DNA from: Eledone cirrhosa | Taxonomy: Eukaryota | Direction: 5' to 3' | NCBI GenBank assembly: GCA_964016885.1 | Contig: OZ024754.1 | Coordinates: 11,098,001 to 11,162,000, forward strand | Length of the DNA stretch: 64,000 nt | Shown: positions 1-11,083 of the stretch, one piece after another | Layout of the letters: every line of letters starts with the position of its first letter | Numbering within the stretch: position 1 is the first letter of the stretch | Translations under genes and position numbers: made by a program | Notes under the pieces: generated by a model | Told to the model about the DNA's origin: nothing | What the model saw: the letters and a program-made list of their open reading frames with translations, nothing else | Database searches by the model: none

Positions 1-544
1 CAATAACAACGTTTCGATAAACCAAATTCCAAGTGCTTACCAAAGTATCCGAACACGGAAGAGTCGAACTCCCCTGGTTCTATCATACATACCTGTTTAT
101 TTTAAAAACGTTTATATTAATCTAAAAACGTTCTTCTATCATAATTTCACGTAAGAACCTTTGTTATGTTATATTCCAACTTAATAATGAGAAAATTAGT
201 TATTTTACTAAACCCTTCAAGTTTTTTAATATTTTCAAAATTATTTGAAAACCAGAGGCAGTGTCTTTCATTAGAAATGTGGTAACGAAATAGTTAAGTA
301 ATGTGGTAATGAATGGATTAACTTACTGGATCAGTTCAAATCCTATTATAAGTATAGCTTAGAGTAGCGTTCCATTCTTTAATTTCTTATTGTTGATTAA
401 TCTACTTCAAACAATTGTCTCTATTTTCACACTCCCACGTGTCTTTTACGAGATTAATGAACAGCGGTCGATTGTGAGTAATCGATAGATCATCGGCTAA
501 ACATGATTATTGAGGGAGCCTTTACATCACTTCTCAGATTCTCT

Positions 545-810
545 CAAAACATAATATGGAAGGAACACAAACCTCTCCGAGAGAGATATAAAGGTCTGCT
601 ACATAGAACTGATGTTGTACGTAGACGGAGGGTTTCCTGACTATTGTCATCGGGCCTCAAATGAAGCTGTGTCCTTTTTAGAGCTTTAGAAACCTGTACC
701 CAGGGCCTTCGAGATGATAAATTTTGCAAGGTGGTACAAGACCCCTTTGATACCTAGCTACTGCCATGAGCGACAGACCTACGTGGAGATCTATCGTTGA
801 GTCTGGATAT
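545..810 (+). mobile_element. Decayed RTE/RTE-X LINE 3' coding end
   Basis: Frameshifted translation NIIWKEH...DVVRRRRVS..YCHRASNEAVS..KPVP...LATAMSDRPTWRSIV resembles RTE-type C-termini. The terminal ~55 bp recur at 1046-1100, and 677-753 recurs inverted at 945-1017. Confidence 0.5.
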
Positions 811-1149
811 GAGAGCTTGCTGCGAACCCTTCGAGTTGAGACAGGTACAGGCAGCCAGTACTTTGTTCAGGAGCCCAAGAACTAAGAAAGCTACACAGCA
901 ACCATGCAATATCCATTTTGAGAAAACTCTTAGCCTGCAACGGGCACCAAAGGGGTCTTGTACCGCCTTGAAAAGTTTCTCTTGAAGGCCTTGGGTAAAG
1001 GTTTCCAAAGTTCTAAAGAGGACGAATGCTAGTGTTCATATTCAGTACCTAGCTACTGCCATGAGTGACAGGCCTACGTGGAGATCTATCGTTGAGTCTG
1101 TTTCGGTCAAGGCCGCCGAATGATGAAATTCACTTACAATCATGCTTTA

Positions 1150-1783
1150 AACATTGCAGCACAGTTACGTCCCTTTACGGACTGAGTTCAAATCCCGCCG
1201 AGGTTAACTTTGCCTTTCATCCTTTCATACGGGGTCGATAAAATAAAGTACCAGTAATGCACTGGAATAATTGCTGGCCTTGTGCCAAAAGTAGAAACAA
1301 TTATTTCTCATGCAATAATGAAAGGGAAATGGTAAATGCAAGATTGTAAGTGAATTTCATCATTCAGCAGCCACGACCGAAACAGGCGGTGGATTGGCAG
1401 TATCGGTAGAAGGTCGGATGCCATGATTTGTAGCATAGAGTTACGCCTCTTTACTGTCTGAGTTCAAAATCCCCCCGGAAGTTAACTTTGACTTTCGTCC
1501 TTATGAGGTCGATAAAATAAAGTACCAGTAATACACTGGGATAATTGCTGGTCTTGTGCTAAAAGTAGAAATAATTATTACAATAGTGGGCGGTGGGTTG
1601 CCAGTATCGGTAGAGGGTCGGACGCCATGCGTTGTAACATAGAGTTACGCCCCTTTGCGGTCTGAGTTCAAATCCCGTCGAGGTTAACTTTGCTTTTTAT
1701 CCTTATGAGGTCGATAAAATAAAGTACCAGTAATACACTGGGATAATTGCTGGCCTTGTGCCAAAAGTAGAAACAATTATTTC
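1150..1783 (+). mobile_element. Three tandem copies of tRNA-derived SINE family A
   Basis: Repeated A-box-like TGGCAGTATCGG, B-box GTTCAAATCC and core CCGAGGTTAACTTTGCCTTTCATCCTT..GGGGTCGATAAAATAAAGTACCAG. More than 25 further copies, e.g. 5801-6022, 7026-7142, 27645-27836, 33175-33368, 54500-54950, 55301-55490, 56374-56520, 59564-60310. Confidence 0.9.
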
Positions 1784-1982
1784 TCATGCATCAATATATA
1801 TATATATAAAAGAAAGAAATACAGTCGTTGCTATAGATGACAGTAAGGACGTGACAGCTAAACATCCATGGAGATTGTTGAACATCAATGTAGCTCTACA
1901 GTCGAGACAAAGAAAAAAGCGGTTGTGATTGGTTATGCCCGGAATATATATATATACATACATACTTTGTCCAAATGAGTTT

Positions 1983-2061
1983 GTTTCCTGACGAGTTCGA
2001 AGCTCGAGATTTTATCCTTAATAGGATATTTCCGAAAGCGAACGAAACCCTAGGTAGAAAC
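1983..2061 (+). ncRNA. Type I hammerhead ribozyme motif (canonical core)
   Basis: Stem I GTTTC/GAAAC; core CTGACGA (1988-1994); stem II GTTCG...CGAAC with inner TATCCT-TAAT-AGGATA hairpin; GAAA (2044-2047); stem III A-CC-CTA-GG-T; cleavage triplet GTA (2054-2056). Confidence 0.85.
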
Positions 2062-2117
2062 GTGATCCTGGTATGTGTATATGCATTTTGTTCTTCTAAC
2101 TTTAATTGTATACCTAA

Positions 2118-3055
2118 CTAGCAGTAAAGCCCGGCGTTGCTCGGGGTCGCTCAGTAGCTGTGTTAAAGTTACAATGTTAAGTTTCTTTCTTGGCTTAAAC
2201 ACTGTAGTGTCTACTGTGCAGACTTGCATGTGGTGTTTTTGATTAATATTCCCTCAACCAACAATATGCCTTATGAAGTTAAGAAAACATAACGATAACC
2301 CGAATGTTATAACCAAAGAGGATGCTGGGGATAGAAACTGCACTGGTTATTTATTAACAAAGATCGAAAATGTAAACACTGCAACGCAGAGAAAAACATT
2401 AGCGTAACCAAATTATCAGTTATGTCTGTCTGCACGCCTATATCACCTCTCTGCACGACTATCTGTCTGCACGCCTATATCACCTCTCTGCACGACTGTC
2501 TGTCTGCACGCCTATATCACCTCTCTGCACGACTGTCTGTCTGCACGCCTATATCACCTCTCTGCACGACTATCTGTCTGCACGCGTATATCACCTCTCT
2601 GCACGACTGTCTGTCTGCACGACTGTCTGTCTGCACGCCTAACGACGAAATATTTGCTTGTTTTACGTAGTCTTTAAATAGACTTGTTTTCAAGTAAAAA
2701 TATTGTTTTAAAATGCTTTTAAATGGAAATGAAGCAAAACGGAAGCTTAGTGTTCGAACTGATGAATTTAATGTCATTTTAAACGCTGAGAAAGCCAGCG
2801 TAATTGTTTACGTAAGACGCTCAATGTAAACAGAACAAAGGGAAATAACTGATAACTTACGCTCAAAAATCGATACATTGTATTCGATTTCGTCAGATAG
2901 GGCGGGTCAATTTGAAATATTTTTTTTCCGATGTCTTCGCTAGGGCTCAATGTACAAGTATAGCAATTTCGGTGCAATTCCGTGAGAGATTCTAAGAGGA
3001 GATGTGTGCCAAAAATCGATAGACAGACAGACAACCACAGTTTTATATATATAGA
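2118..3055 (-). mobile_element. Non-autonomous Helitron-type element
   Basis: On the minus strand: 5' TC at 3055-3054 after an A, 3' hairpin CCCGAGC-AAC-GCCGGG, then CTAG (2121-2118) followed by T. Confidence 0.75.
2423..2640. repeat. ~37-bp minisatellite inside the Helitron
   Basis: Unit TGTCTGTCTGCACGCCTATATCACCTCTCTGCACGAC, about 5-6 copies with partial units. Confidence 0.9.
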
Positions 3056-3749
3056 TTGTGTATGGTTGACGGTATATTTAATCGATTTCCACGTGCTGTT
3101 GAAATGTTGGGTAAATATTCTAAGGCGGTTGGTCGCGAAGAGATTGCTGTAGTTTATTTAACTACTATTTCTTCATAGATGCCTTTTAATCTTATAGCCT
3201 GGTCTAATTGATTTTTTGTGTGGTTAATTATGCTAATTGGGAGAGGAAATGGTGTATATATATTATCAAATGATTCTATGGACATACTTTATAGTATATA
3301 TATATAAAGCGGTTGTGATTGGTTGTCCCCGGAGACAATTTTATCACAAAATAAACAAAATTAAATAAAAGGAAATACTGCCATATAACATATATTTTTA
3401 TTTGTTTGACCCGAATTACTTGGTCGTTTTTGTGGTTGTGCGGATGATTGTTTAACCATCGTCTCAGTGTGTTTGGCCTTTAACGTATGTTGTAGCTCTG
3501 GTTCATCTGAATCATTGAGCGCTTGCCACACATACCGGAAGTTGTTTTTCGTTAATTCCTCAGCCGAAATACGATTCTCGCTAATTTATATTTATATATA
3601 TACATATATATATACTGTATATATAAAATAGCAGATTAAAATTTAAGCAAAGAATCGCTGCTTTCACCCTTAACGGGATCTTCTGGTGTATATTTATCGA
3701 GCCCTCTTTGGATTTTAGTCTTCACATTTATTATTATTACTATATATGC

Positions 3750-3822
<73 letters not shown>

Positions 3823-3840
3823 TATATATATATATATATG

Positions 3841-3936
3841 GGCTTCTACAAGAGTAGAACTGTTTCATTCGGGAGAAATCATCAGCAAGCCCTGATGATT
3901 TCTCCCGAATGAAACAGTTCTAGTCCTGTAGAAGCC
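3841..3936. ncRNA. Fold-back palindrome with a hammerhead motif on each strand (Penelope pLTR-like)
   Basis: Arms 3841-3885 and 3892-3936. Plus arm reads CTGATGA-TTTCTCCCGAAT-GAAA-CAG-TTCTAGTC-CTG-TA-GAAGCC. The minus copy keeps GGGCTT/AAGCCC stem I with one mismatch. Adjoins (TA)n. Confidence 0.7.
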
Positions 3937-4015
3937 ATTTCTACATTAAATATTACTACTCTGCTATGTATTGAGTACCTTACTTACTGTGGTTACCCCC
4001 GATTGAACCTGGAAT

Positions 4016-4278
4016 AAACTATTATCATTGTAAACATGTCTAAGTGATTTTTATGTTTGTAAACTAATGTCTGTGATTCAATAGGACAGAGTGTATTATA
4101 GTGAAAAGATAACAAGGACGATTGGTTACTCCTTCAATATACTGATAAACTAGAAAACTTGTGTCAAACGAGGTGTGCTTGTATCGACAGTAAGTTTACA
4201 TGGAATGTCCTGTTGAATCACTGACATTAGTTTACAAACATAAAAATCACTAAGACATGTTTACAATGATAATGGTTT
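4016..4278. mobile_element. MITE-like element with ~73-bp imperfect inverted repeats
   Basis: 4016-4088 (ATTATCATTGTAAACATGTCT...GATTCAATAGGACA) is the near reverse complement of 4206-4278. Confidence 0.7.
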
Positions 4279-4399
4279 GACCTTCACAAAAACAATAGAC
4301 CACACTTCCTATTTCTTATTGCTTTTGATTCTATTTTTAGCGGTTGTTTTCAGTTTGTTCTGAAGGAGAATCCCATTGAATTAATAAAGATATTTGCAT

Positions 4400-4670
4400 C
4401 CATGGGTTCCTAACACCCGATAGAGTTAAAGGGGCATCCATGGTTCTCTCACACCCGATTAAGTTATCATGGTTCCCTAACTCTTGATTTTGTAGGGGTC
4501 AACTATGGATTCCTAACTCTTGATTTTGTAGGGGGTCAACTATGGATTCCTAACTCTTGATTTTGTAGGGGTCAACCATGGATTCCTAACTCTTGATTTT
4601 GTAGGGATCAACCATGGATTCCTAACTCTCGATTAAATAGTAGGGGACATCCATGGTTCCCTAACTCTCG
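4400..4670. repeat. ~39-40 bp degenerate minisatellite
   Basis: Unit CATGGATTCCTAACTCTTGATTTTGTAGGGGTCAAC repeated. Confidence 0.85.
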
Positions 4671-4762
4671 ATTGTGTTGTAAGGGCGCTGTAGTGATATA
4701 CGATGTGTCTTGGACATTTTAAACCTGATGGAGCTCATTTCTTTCCAAATCTGAACAATCCA

Positions 4763-5408
4763 ATCCAATCCAAAACCAGGGCCTTCTCCCTCCTGTTGGA
4801 GGAACCCCTCCTGGTTGACCTCCATCCAATCCAAAACAAGGGCCTTCTCCCTCCTGTTGGAGGAACCCCTCCTGGTTGACCTCCATCCAATCCCAAACCA
4901 GAGCCTTCTCCCTCCTGTTGGAGGAACCCCTCCTGGTTGACCTCCATCCAATCTAAAACCAGGGCCTTCTCACTCTTGTTGGAGGAACCCCTTCTGGTTG
5001 ACCTCCATCCAATCCAAAACAAGGGCCTTCTCCCTCCTGTTGGAGGAACCCCTCCTGTTGGAGGAACCCCTCCTGTTGGAGGAACCCCTCCTGGTTGACC
5101 TCCATCCAATCCAAAACCAGAGCCTTCTCACTCTTGTTGGAGGAACCCCTCCTGGTTGACCTCCATCCAATCCAAAACCAGGGCCTTCTCCCTCCTGTTG
5201 GAGGAACCCCTCCTGGTTGACCTCCATCCAATCCAAAACCAGAGCCTTCTCACTCTTGTTGGAGGAACCCCTCCTGGTTGACCTCCATCCAATCCAAAAC
5301 AAGGGCCTTCTCACTCTTGTTGGAGGAACCCCTCCTGGTTGACCTCCATCCAATCCAAAACCAGAGCCTTCTCACTCATGTTGGAGGAACTCCTCCTGGT
5401 TGACCTCC
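4763..5408. repeat. 61-bp minisatellite, ~10 copies
   Basis: Unit ATCCAATCCAAAACCAGGGCCTTCTCCCTCCTGTTGGAGGAACCCCTCCTGGTTGACCTCC, with an internal 18-bp sub-amplification near 5035-5090. Confidence 0.95.
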
Positions 5409-6619
5409 ACTGCTTTCTGTTTGGTTTTGGTCATATCTTCGCTTAGCTAATTGCGGCTTGGTGAGGCTACTTAATCCAAGGTTGGGGCGGATGGCTGTTG
5501 ACTCTGAGGAGTTCATCTGTCCTTTTAACAACAAACATTCGTCAGGCAAAACACACACACAGCCTAAATACAACCATTTACTCTGAGGAATTTGCTTCAA
5601 TTAGATTATACATATAACAATTGACGTCATCCTCCTGCTTCTGACATATACTTCAGCAAAAGTCAAAACACAACGCTTGAAAGCGGTGTCTATGTGTTGT
5701 GAAAGCGTGTGACTCAGTAGTTGGGATGTTCGGCTCGTGATTGTTTAGGCCAAGAGCTCGAACTCTTGTGGCATCTTTTATATTATTTCATATTGCTCCT
5801 AGGGCGGTGGATTAGCAGTATCGGTAGAGAGTCGTACACCATGCTTTGCAGCATAGAGTTACGGATCTGAGTTAAAAACCCCGCCGAGGATAACTTTGCC
5901 TTTCATCCTTACCCGGGGGGGGGGTCGATAAAATAAAGTACCAGTCACGTACTGGGGTCGATTTAATCGACTTCCCCCTCCCCCAAAATTGCTGGCCTTG
6001 TGCCTATGTAAGAAACCATTATTTCATATTTCTCTAATGAGTTGTACCTGTAATTCAATGGACTACCATTATCGTACATTGCATCACACTCAGTCTTCCT
6101 AGGAACTACAATAATGTTCCACGTGTTTCTGGAATGCTCAACATTCCGTTGTCTGGCACGCGCGTGCGTGCGTGCCTGTCTGTATTACAATTAATTTCTT
6201 GTTAGAACTAGTTCATTTTTTCTGCACTTTGTAGCGTTTAGACATATTTTGGGGGTTTAATCCCCACCCCACACCGTTCGTATTGGTGAATTGGCAGAAC
6301 CGTTAGAACATCGGCTAAAATACAATACTTTGCAGCATTCGTTCCGATTCTCTGCTCTCTGGTCAACTTTGCCCTTCAACCTTTCGAGGTCGATAAAAAA
6401 AAGTACCAGTCAAGTACTGGGGTAGATTCTTCCGTTATATCTCTTTCTCACTTCCTCTCTCACTTTCTAAATTTCTCTGGAAGATATCTGCTGTACTGAG
6501 ATACGGAGAGGGATGGACTTCGTCAGGCTTAAATGTGCCCTAGACGCGCCATATGACGGTGCCGCTACAACTCCAAAGGGAGTTATGGGATCTTTATCCT
6601 ATATTTAAATACAAAAATG

Positions 6620-7010
6620 TAATCAAATTATGAGACCCCAGTTTAGTTGGCCGGGACGAGGAGAAAAGGGCATAAAAAAAAAAAGACCTAGAAAAGAAAC
6701 GATGTATTGAGTGAAGGAAAGAAATGACACCGCGCCAGTAAATGAAATGGGGCTGTGATTATATATTTGGCAAGAAACATTACTGGGAGAGAAGGAGAGA
6801 GAATACATTAGAAGTTAATGTATAGAACCACAAGGATATGGTCCGAACGTGGAAGAGCCGAACTCCCACTGGTCATGGCCTCCATCTCTCTCGCCTTCCC
6901 CATCTCTCTGTAGGGTGAGCAAATGGGGTCCCACGTGCTGGCCTCCCCACAGCCCCGGCGGACAGAATGGAGAAGGCGTTTCCCTGGAGGATGGTATGGG
7001 AGATGCGATA
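6620..7010 (-). mobile_element. 5'-truncated CRE-family fragment (ORF end plus putative 3' UTR)
   Basis: 6945-6992 matches 16257-16305, the end of the CRE ORF (CCACAGCCCCG.CGGACAGAATGGAGAAGGCGTTTCCC). Another such fragment lies at 19596-19670. The left boundary is approximate. Confidence 0.65.
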
Positions 7011-7149
7011 AAATATTATTAATATTAATTGTTTCTACTATTGGCACAAGGCCAGAAATTACCCAGTACATTACTGGTACTTTATTTTATCGACCCCGTA
7101 AGGATGAAAGGCAAAGTTAACCTCGGCGGGATTTGAACTCAATGTGGGC

Positions 7150-7385
7150 AGATCTTGGTTGACTGGGAAGGAATGTTGTGCTGCAGTATTCCTGTCCCCT
7201 TGCCCTAGACCCAAAGCCCAATCACCATCCTCCCTCATCCCGCTCTCTTCTGCGACACCAGAGCTCTTGCCATCCCCTCCCTTTCCCGTTCTTTTTCGTC
7301 TTTCTTTCTTTCTGTTTTTTTTTTCTTTTCTATATTTCCCTATTCTTTCTTTCCTTGTGTCCCCCCCCCCTTTTTTTTTTAATTA
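7150..7385 (+). mobile_element. 3' UTR fragment of a CRE-like family
   Basis: 7200-7275 is the reverse-complement homologue of 20200-20270, which follows a decayed CRE RLE domain; a T-rich tail follows. Confidence 0.55.
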
Positions 7386-7910
7386 ATATGGAGCTGTGGG
7401 GCTGCCGTGAGATAGAGGGGGTGTGTAGAGCTGCCGTGAGAGGGGGATTGCCGGAAGTTGGGCGACACCTGACCGGGAAGCAGGAGAACGGGGTTAACAC
7501 GTAGCTTAACTTAATATCTCTTAGCCACCCTAAATAAGGTTTGTTTCTTTTGCATTCATTTCATTAAAATCATTTTATCATAAAAAAGAGAAAAATTATT
7601 TTAATGACACATGTAGAAAACGTGTATTATATAGGAAGGTTAAGTCATTGTTCACAATACTTTCATATGGAGATATTTTACTTTCGGTTTCGATTATGAA
7701 ACCTAATTCGTGGTTTTCAACGTCAACTCTTCTGATTTATTTTACTGATTTATTTACTCTGATAATCATGACTAACACAAGTCGTAGTAACAAACAGGAG
7801 TCTATATAGATATGTGTGTGTGCATATACATCCATATATGTTATAAAATTAACGAAGATCGCTAGTATTAATTCAACAGTCCCCGGCCACCATATATATA
7901 TATATATATA

Positions 7911-8103
7911 TAGGAACCAGTAAGACCCCGACGGCTGAGCTCAAGCCGTTTCGACGGCTAATTCTGGACTCAGAATTAGCCGTCGAAACGGCTTGAGCTC
8001 AGCCGTCGGGGTCTTACTGGTTCCTATTACCCACTCTACTACCCTAAGTATTGAGTACTTTGGTGCGTTATGGTCCACCTGCTTCCTTACCACATTTCCT
8101 TCG

Positions 8104-8165
<62 letters not shown>

Positions 8166-8357
8166 CGAAGGAATTGCGGTAAGGAATCAGATGGACCATA
8201 ACGCACCAAAGTACTTAAATAATTAGGGTAGTAGAGTGGGTAATAGGAACAAGTATGATCCCGACGGCAGAGCTCAAGCCGTTTCGACGGCTATTTCTGG
8301 ACTGAAATAGCCGTCGAAACGGCTTGAGCTCAGCCGTCGGGGTCTTACTGGTTCCTA
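7911..8357. mobile_element. Nested palindromes of a Penelope-pLTR-like unit with hammerhead 3' halves, in (TA)n
   Basis: Perfect 56-bp arms at 7911-7966 and 7971-8026, and a second palindrome at 8244-8357. The two units face each other across (TA)n. Each arm has stem II-GAAA-CGGCT-TGAGCTC-AGCCG-TC-GGGG but lacks the CTGANGA half. Confidence 0.75.
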
Positions 8358-8423
8358 TATATATATATATATAAATATTAAAACAATGAAATTAAACAAA
8401 AAAACGGTTAACTCATAGTAAAA

Positions 8424-8488
<65 letters not shown>

Positions 8489-8514
8489 ATATATATGTAT
8501 ATATGTATGTATAT

Positions 8515-8675
8515 GGTGATGGTGGTGGTGGTGGTGGTGGTAGCGGTGCTGGCGGTGGTTGTGTGGTGGTGGTTGTGTGATGGTGGTAGTGGTGCCGGTG
8601 GTGGTATTAGTGGTTGTTTTGGTGGTGGTGCCGGTGGTGGTGGTGGTGATGGTGGTTGTGGGTGGTGGTGGTGGT

Positions 8676-8706
<31 letters not shown>

Positions 8707-9143
8707 GTGGTGGTGGTGGTGGTGCTAGTGGAGGTGGTGGTGGTGATGGTGGTTGTGGGTGGTGGTGATGGTGCTAGTGGAGGTGGTGGTGGTGATGGTG
8801 GTGGTGGTGATGCTAGTGGTGGTGGTGGTGATGGTGGTTGTGGGTGGTGGTGATGCTAGTGGTGGTGGTGGTGATGGTGGTTGTGGGTGGTGGTGATGCT
8901 AGTGGTGGTGGTGGTGATGGTGGTTGTGGGTGGTGGTGGAGGTGGTGGTGGTGGTGGTTGACGACATCGAATTTGCTAGATTCGAGGTAAAAGATAGACG
9001 AGGAGTGAGGGGAGGGACTTACTATATTATAAAGAAGAATGCACACACGCACACACTCATACAGACACACACACACACACACACATACACTCATACACAC
9101 ACACACATTTAGTGATATATAAGAAAAAATAAAGTTACTTGTT
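8515..9143 (+). repeat. Left arm of a long inverted repeat: (GGT)n array plus unique segment
   Basis: 8955-9143 is the near reverse complement of 14151-14345; the GGT array with GGTGCTAGT variants mirrors the CCA array at 14342-15030. Confidence 0.85.
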
Positions 9144-9175
9144 ACATATACACACACACACACATTTAGTGATAT

Positions 9176-9527
9176 CATCATTCATCATCATCATCATCAT
9201 CATACGTCCACTTTTCCCTGCTTGCAAGGGTGGGACGGGAACTGATTCTGGCTTGATTTTTTCTACAGCTGGATGCCCTTCCTAACACCAACCTCATTTA
9301 CAGTGAGTGCTGGGTGCTTTTTTTTCCGTGGCACCTACACGACCACTTTCCAGTGGAATGATAGGGACCCCACTCCCTATCATCTCGTTTCTACAGCTGA
9401 GTAAACTGGAGCAATGTGAAATAAAGTGTCTTGCTCAAGGAAACAACACATCACCCGGTCTGAGAATTGAACTCACAATCTTTCGATTACAAGGCCAATG
9501 CTCTAACCACTAAGCCATGTGCCTCCA
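9176..9527 (-). mobile_element. tRNA-derived SINE family B (CORE-like centre, RTE-like tail)
   Basis: Minus strand: A box TGGCTTAGTGG, B box GTTCAATTC, CCTTGAGCAAGACACTTTATTTCACATTGCTCCAG, GAAGGGCATCCAGC and (GAT)n tail. Near-identical copies at 57359-57698 and 63630-63900; partial or related copies at 30990-31257, 36505-36900, 40930-41170, 52873-53140, 58440-58668. Confidence 0.85.
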
Positions 9528-9915
9528 TATATAAGAAAAAATAAAGTTACTTGTTACACACACCTCTCTCTCTCTCTATTATTATATATATATACATATA
9601 TATATATATAGGTATATATAGGTATATATATAGGTATATATGTAGGTATATATGTAGGTATATATATAGGTGTGTATATATATATATATATATATATCAC
9701 GATAAATTAACGGAACCATAGACCCTCGCCATTCCCTGTCAATAATGTGCTCAAAGGAGAAGAAATCCTAAGCTCTTTAAAATACAATATCTTGAAAAGG
9801 TAACACACTAGAGAGAGATATACAGTGCGCTATCAATAAAACAGGGAACAACCACCAGTGTATGGAATCTATAACCTATGAAAGGCAGACTATAGACACG
9901 ATAATTTAAAATATA

Positions 9916-10319
9916 GATTAAAGCGTAAATAAATACCTCTATAACTATATAACAAATCCAAAGAGATCTGTTTCGCCAGTAAGTTGTTAACAGAAATGGA
10001 ATAACCCCGGTTCCTCAGCGTATATATCTATATATAAGTTTTTACCGGTTGCGCATTTCTAATTTCAAAAATAATTTTGAGATAGAGCGCTCGTGGTGTT
10101 TGCTCTAATCTAGATTAGAGCAAACATCACGAGCGCTCTATCTCAAAATTATTTTTGAAAAGCATTAGAAATGCGCAACCGGTAAAAACTTATATATATA
10201 TATATACGCTGAGGAACCGGGGTTATTCCATTTCTGTTAACAACTTACTGGCGAAACAGATCTCTTTGGATTTGTACGTGTGTTATATAGTTATAGAGGT
10301 ATTTATTTACGCTTTAATC
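9916..10319. mobile_element. ~400-bp loop-less palindrome of Penelope-pLTR-like sequence
   Basis: Axis at AATCT|AGATT (10111/10112). Arms are near identical apart from small indels and a few substitutions. Confidence 0.85.
10203..10282 (+). ncRNA. Type I hammerhead ribozyme motif
   Basis: Stem I TATACG/CGTGTG; CTGAGGA (10209-10215); stem II CCGG..GTT/AAC..CTGG with A-C at the first pair; GAAA (10253-10256); stem III CAGATCT/GGATTTG; GTA (10274-10276). Confidence 0.75.
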
Positions 10320-10937
10320 AATACTTATTACTAATTTATACTTATTCCTAATTAAACTATTTTTCACTGGGAAAAATTTGTCAGCATTTTCTTTTCCTTT
10401 TTACTTATATATATATATATATATTCCCTAGTCAGCCATTTAATCCTCAGAGGTCGAACAACACACCATCTTCACCCCACCCCTATTCCTTTAGCCTTCG
10501 ACCGCCCTGTTTACATCCACAAAACGTATAAACACCAACACACACGTGCGTACCCCCGCACTCAGCCTCCGGAATCCCCTCCCCCTTCCCCCACCCTATC
10601 TGACCCCTCCCCATCCACACACACACCGACCTACACCCCACCCCACACCTTTCCTGAACATGGAATCTCGTTCTTCCTCCAACTCTCACATTCACATACA
10701 CACACACACGTACACCTACACACAAACACCACCTTCAGCCCTCCCCGCTCGGACACCCCGCCTCCCTCTCCCCACTCCACCCGCCACCACCCCTACACGC
10801 TCCACACCCTTCTACCACTTATTTATCTTCATGTTTTTTTTATTTTTACCCCTTCCACCGCCCCCCCCCCCCCCCTCATTTTTTCTAAATGTCTCTCCCC
10901 ACACATCCTCGGAACTCTCTTCACACACACTTTTCGC

Positions 10938-10965
10938 CTGAAGAAGAGCTTATGCCCGAAACGTC
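10938..10965 (+). ncRNA. Minimal Penelope-type hammerhead motif (degenerate)
   Basis: CTGAAGA-AGAGC-TTAT-GCCC-GAAA-CG-TC, with palindromic ACGT stem III; stem I is weak. Confidence 0.55.
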
Positions 10966-11083
10966 GATCCCCACCACCACCCCACTCTCAAGAGCGTGAA
11001 ACTAATAAATCTTTGTTCGTACTGCCTCTCTGTTTTGTTCCCGTTCCATTTTTCACTATATATGTTTCACTATATATATATAT

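Noticed and set aside
1-60. GAAACGTTG Penelope-type end on the minus strand
   Set aside because: No convincing upstream core box or stem II, and it is cut by the window edge.
1384-1470. tRNA genes
   Set aside because: The A/B boxes belong to SINE heads; no complete cloverleaf was seen.
3652-3690. Hammerhead-like CAGAAGA-TCCC-GTTAA-GGGT-GAAAGC on the minus strand (second copy at 37905-37940)
   Set aside because: U4 is replaced by A in both copies and there is no NUH or stem I; at most a relic.
4661-5600. Gly/Pro-rich protein ORFs
   Set aside because: Translations of a 61-bp repeat that shifts frame each unit.
8471-8960. Glycine-rich structural protein
   Set aside because: (GGT)n microsatellite with no exon evidence.
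10420-10930. Penelope GIY-YIG endonuclease remnant before the minimal hammerhead
   Set aside because: Only a VSHFN-like hint; the rest is C-rich low complexity and cannot be aligned by eye.
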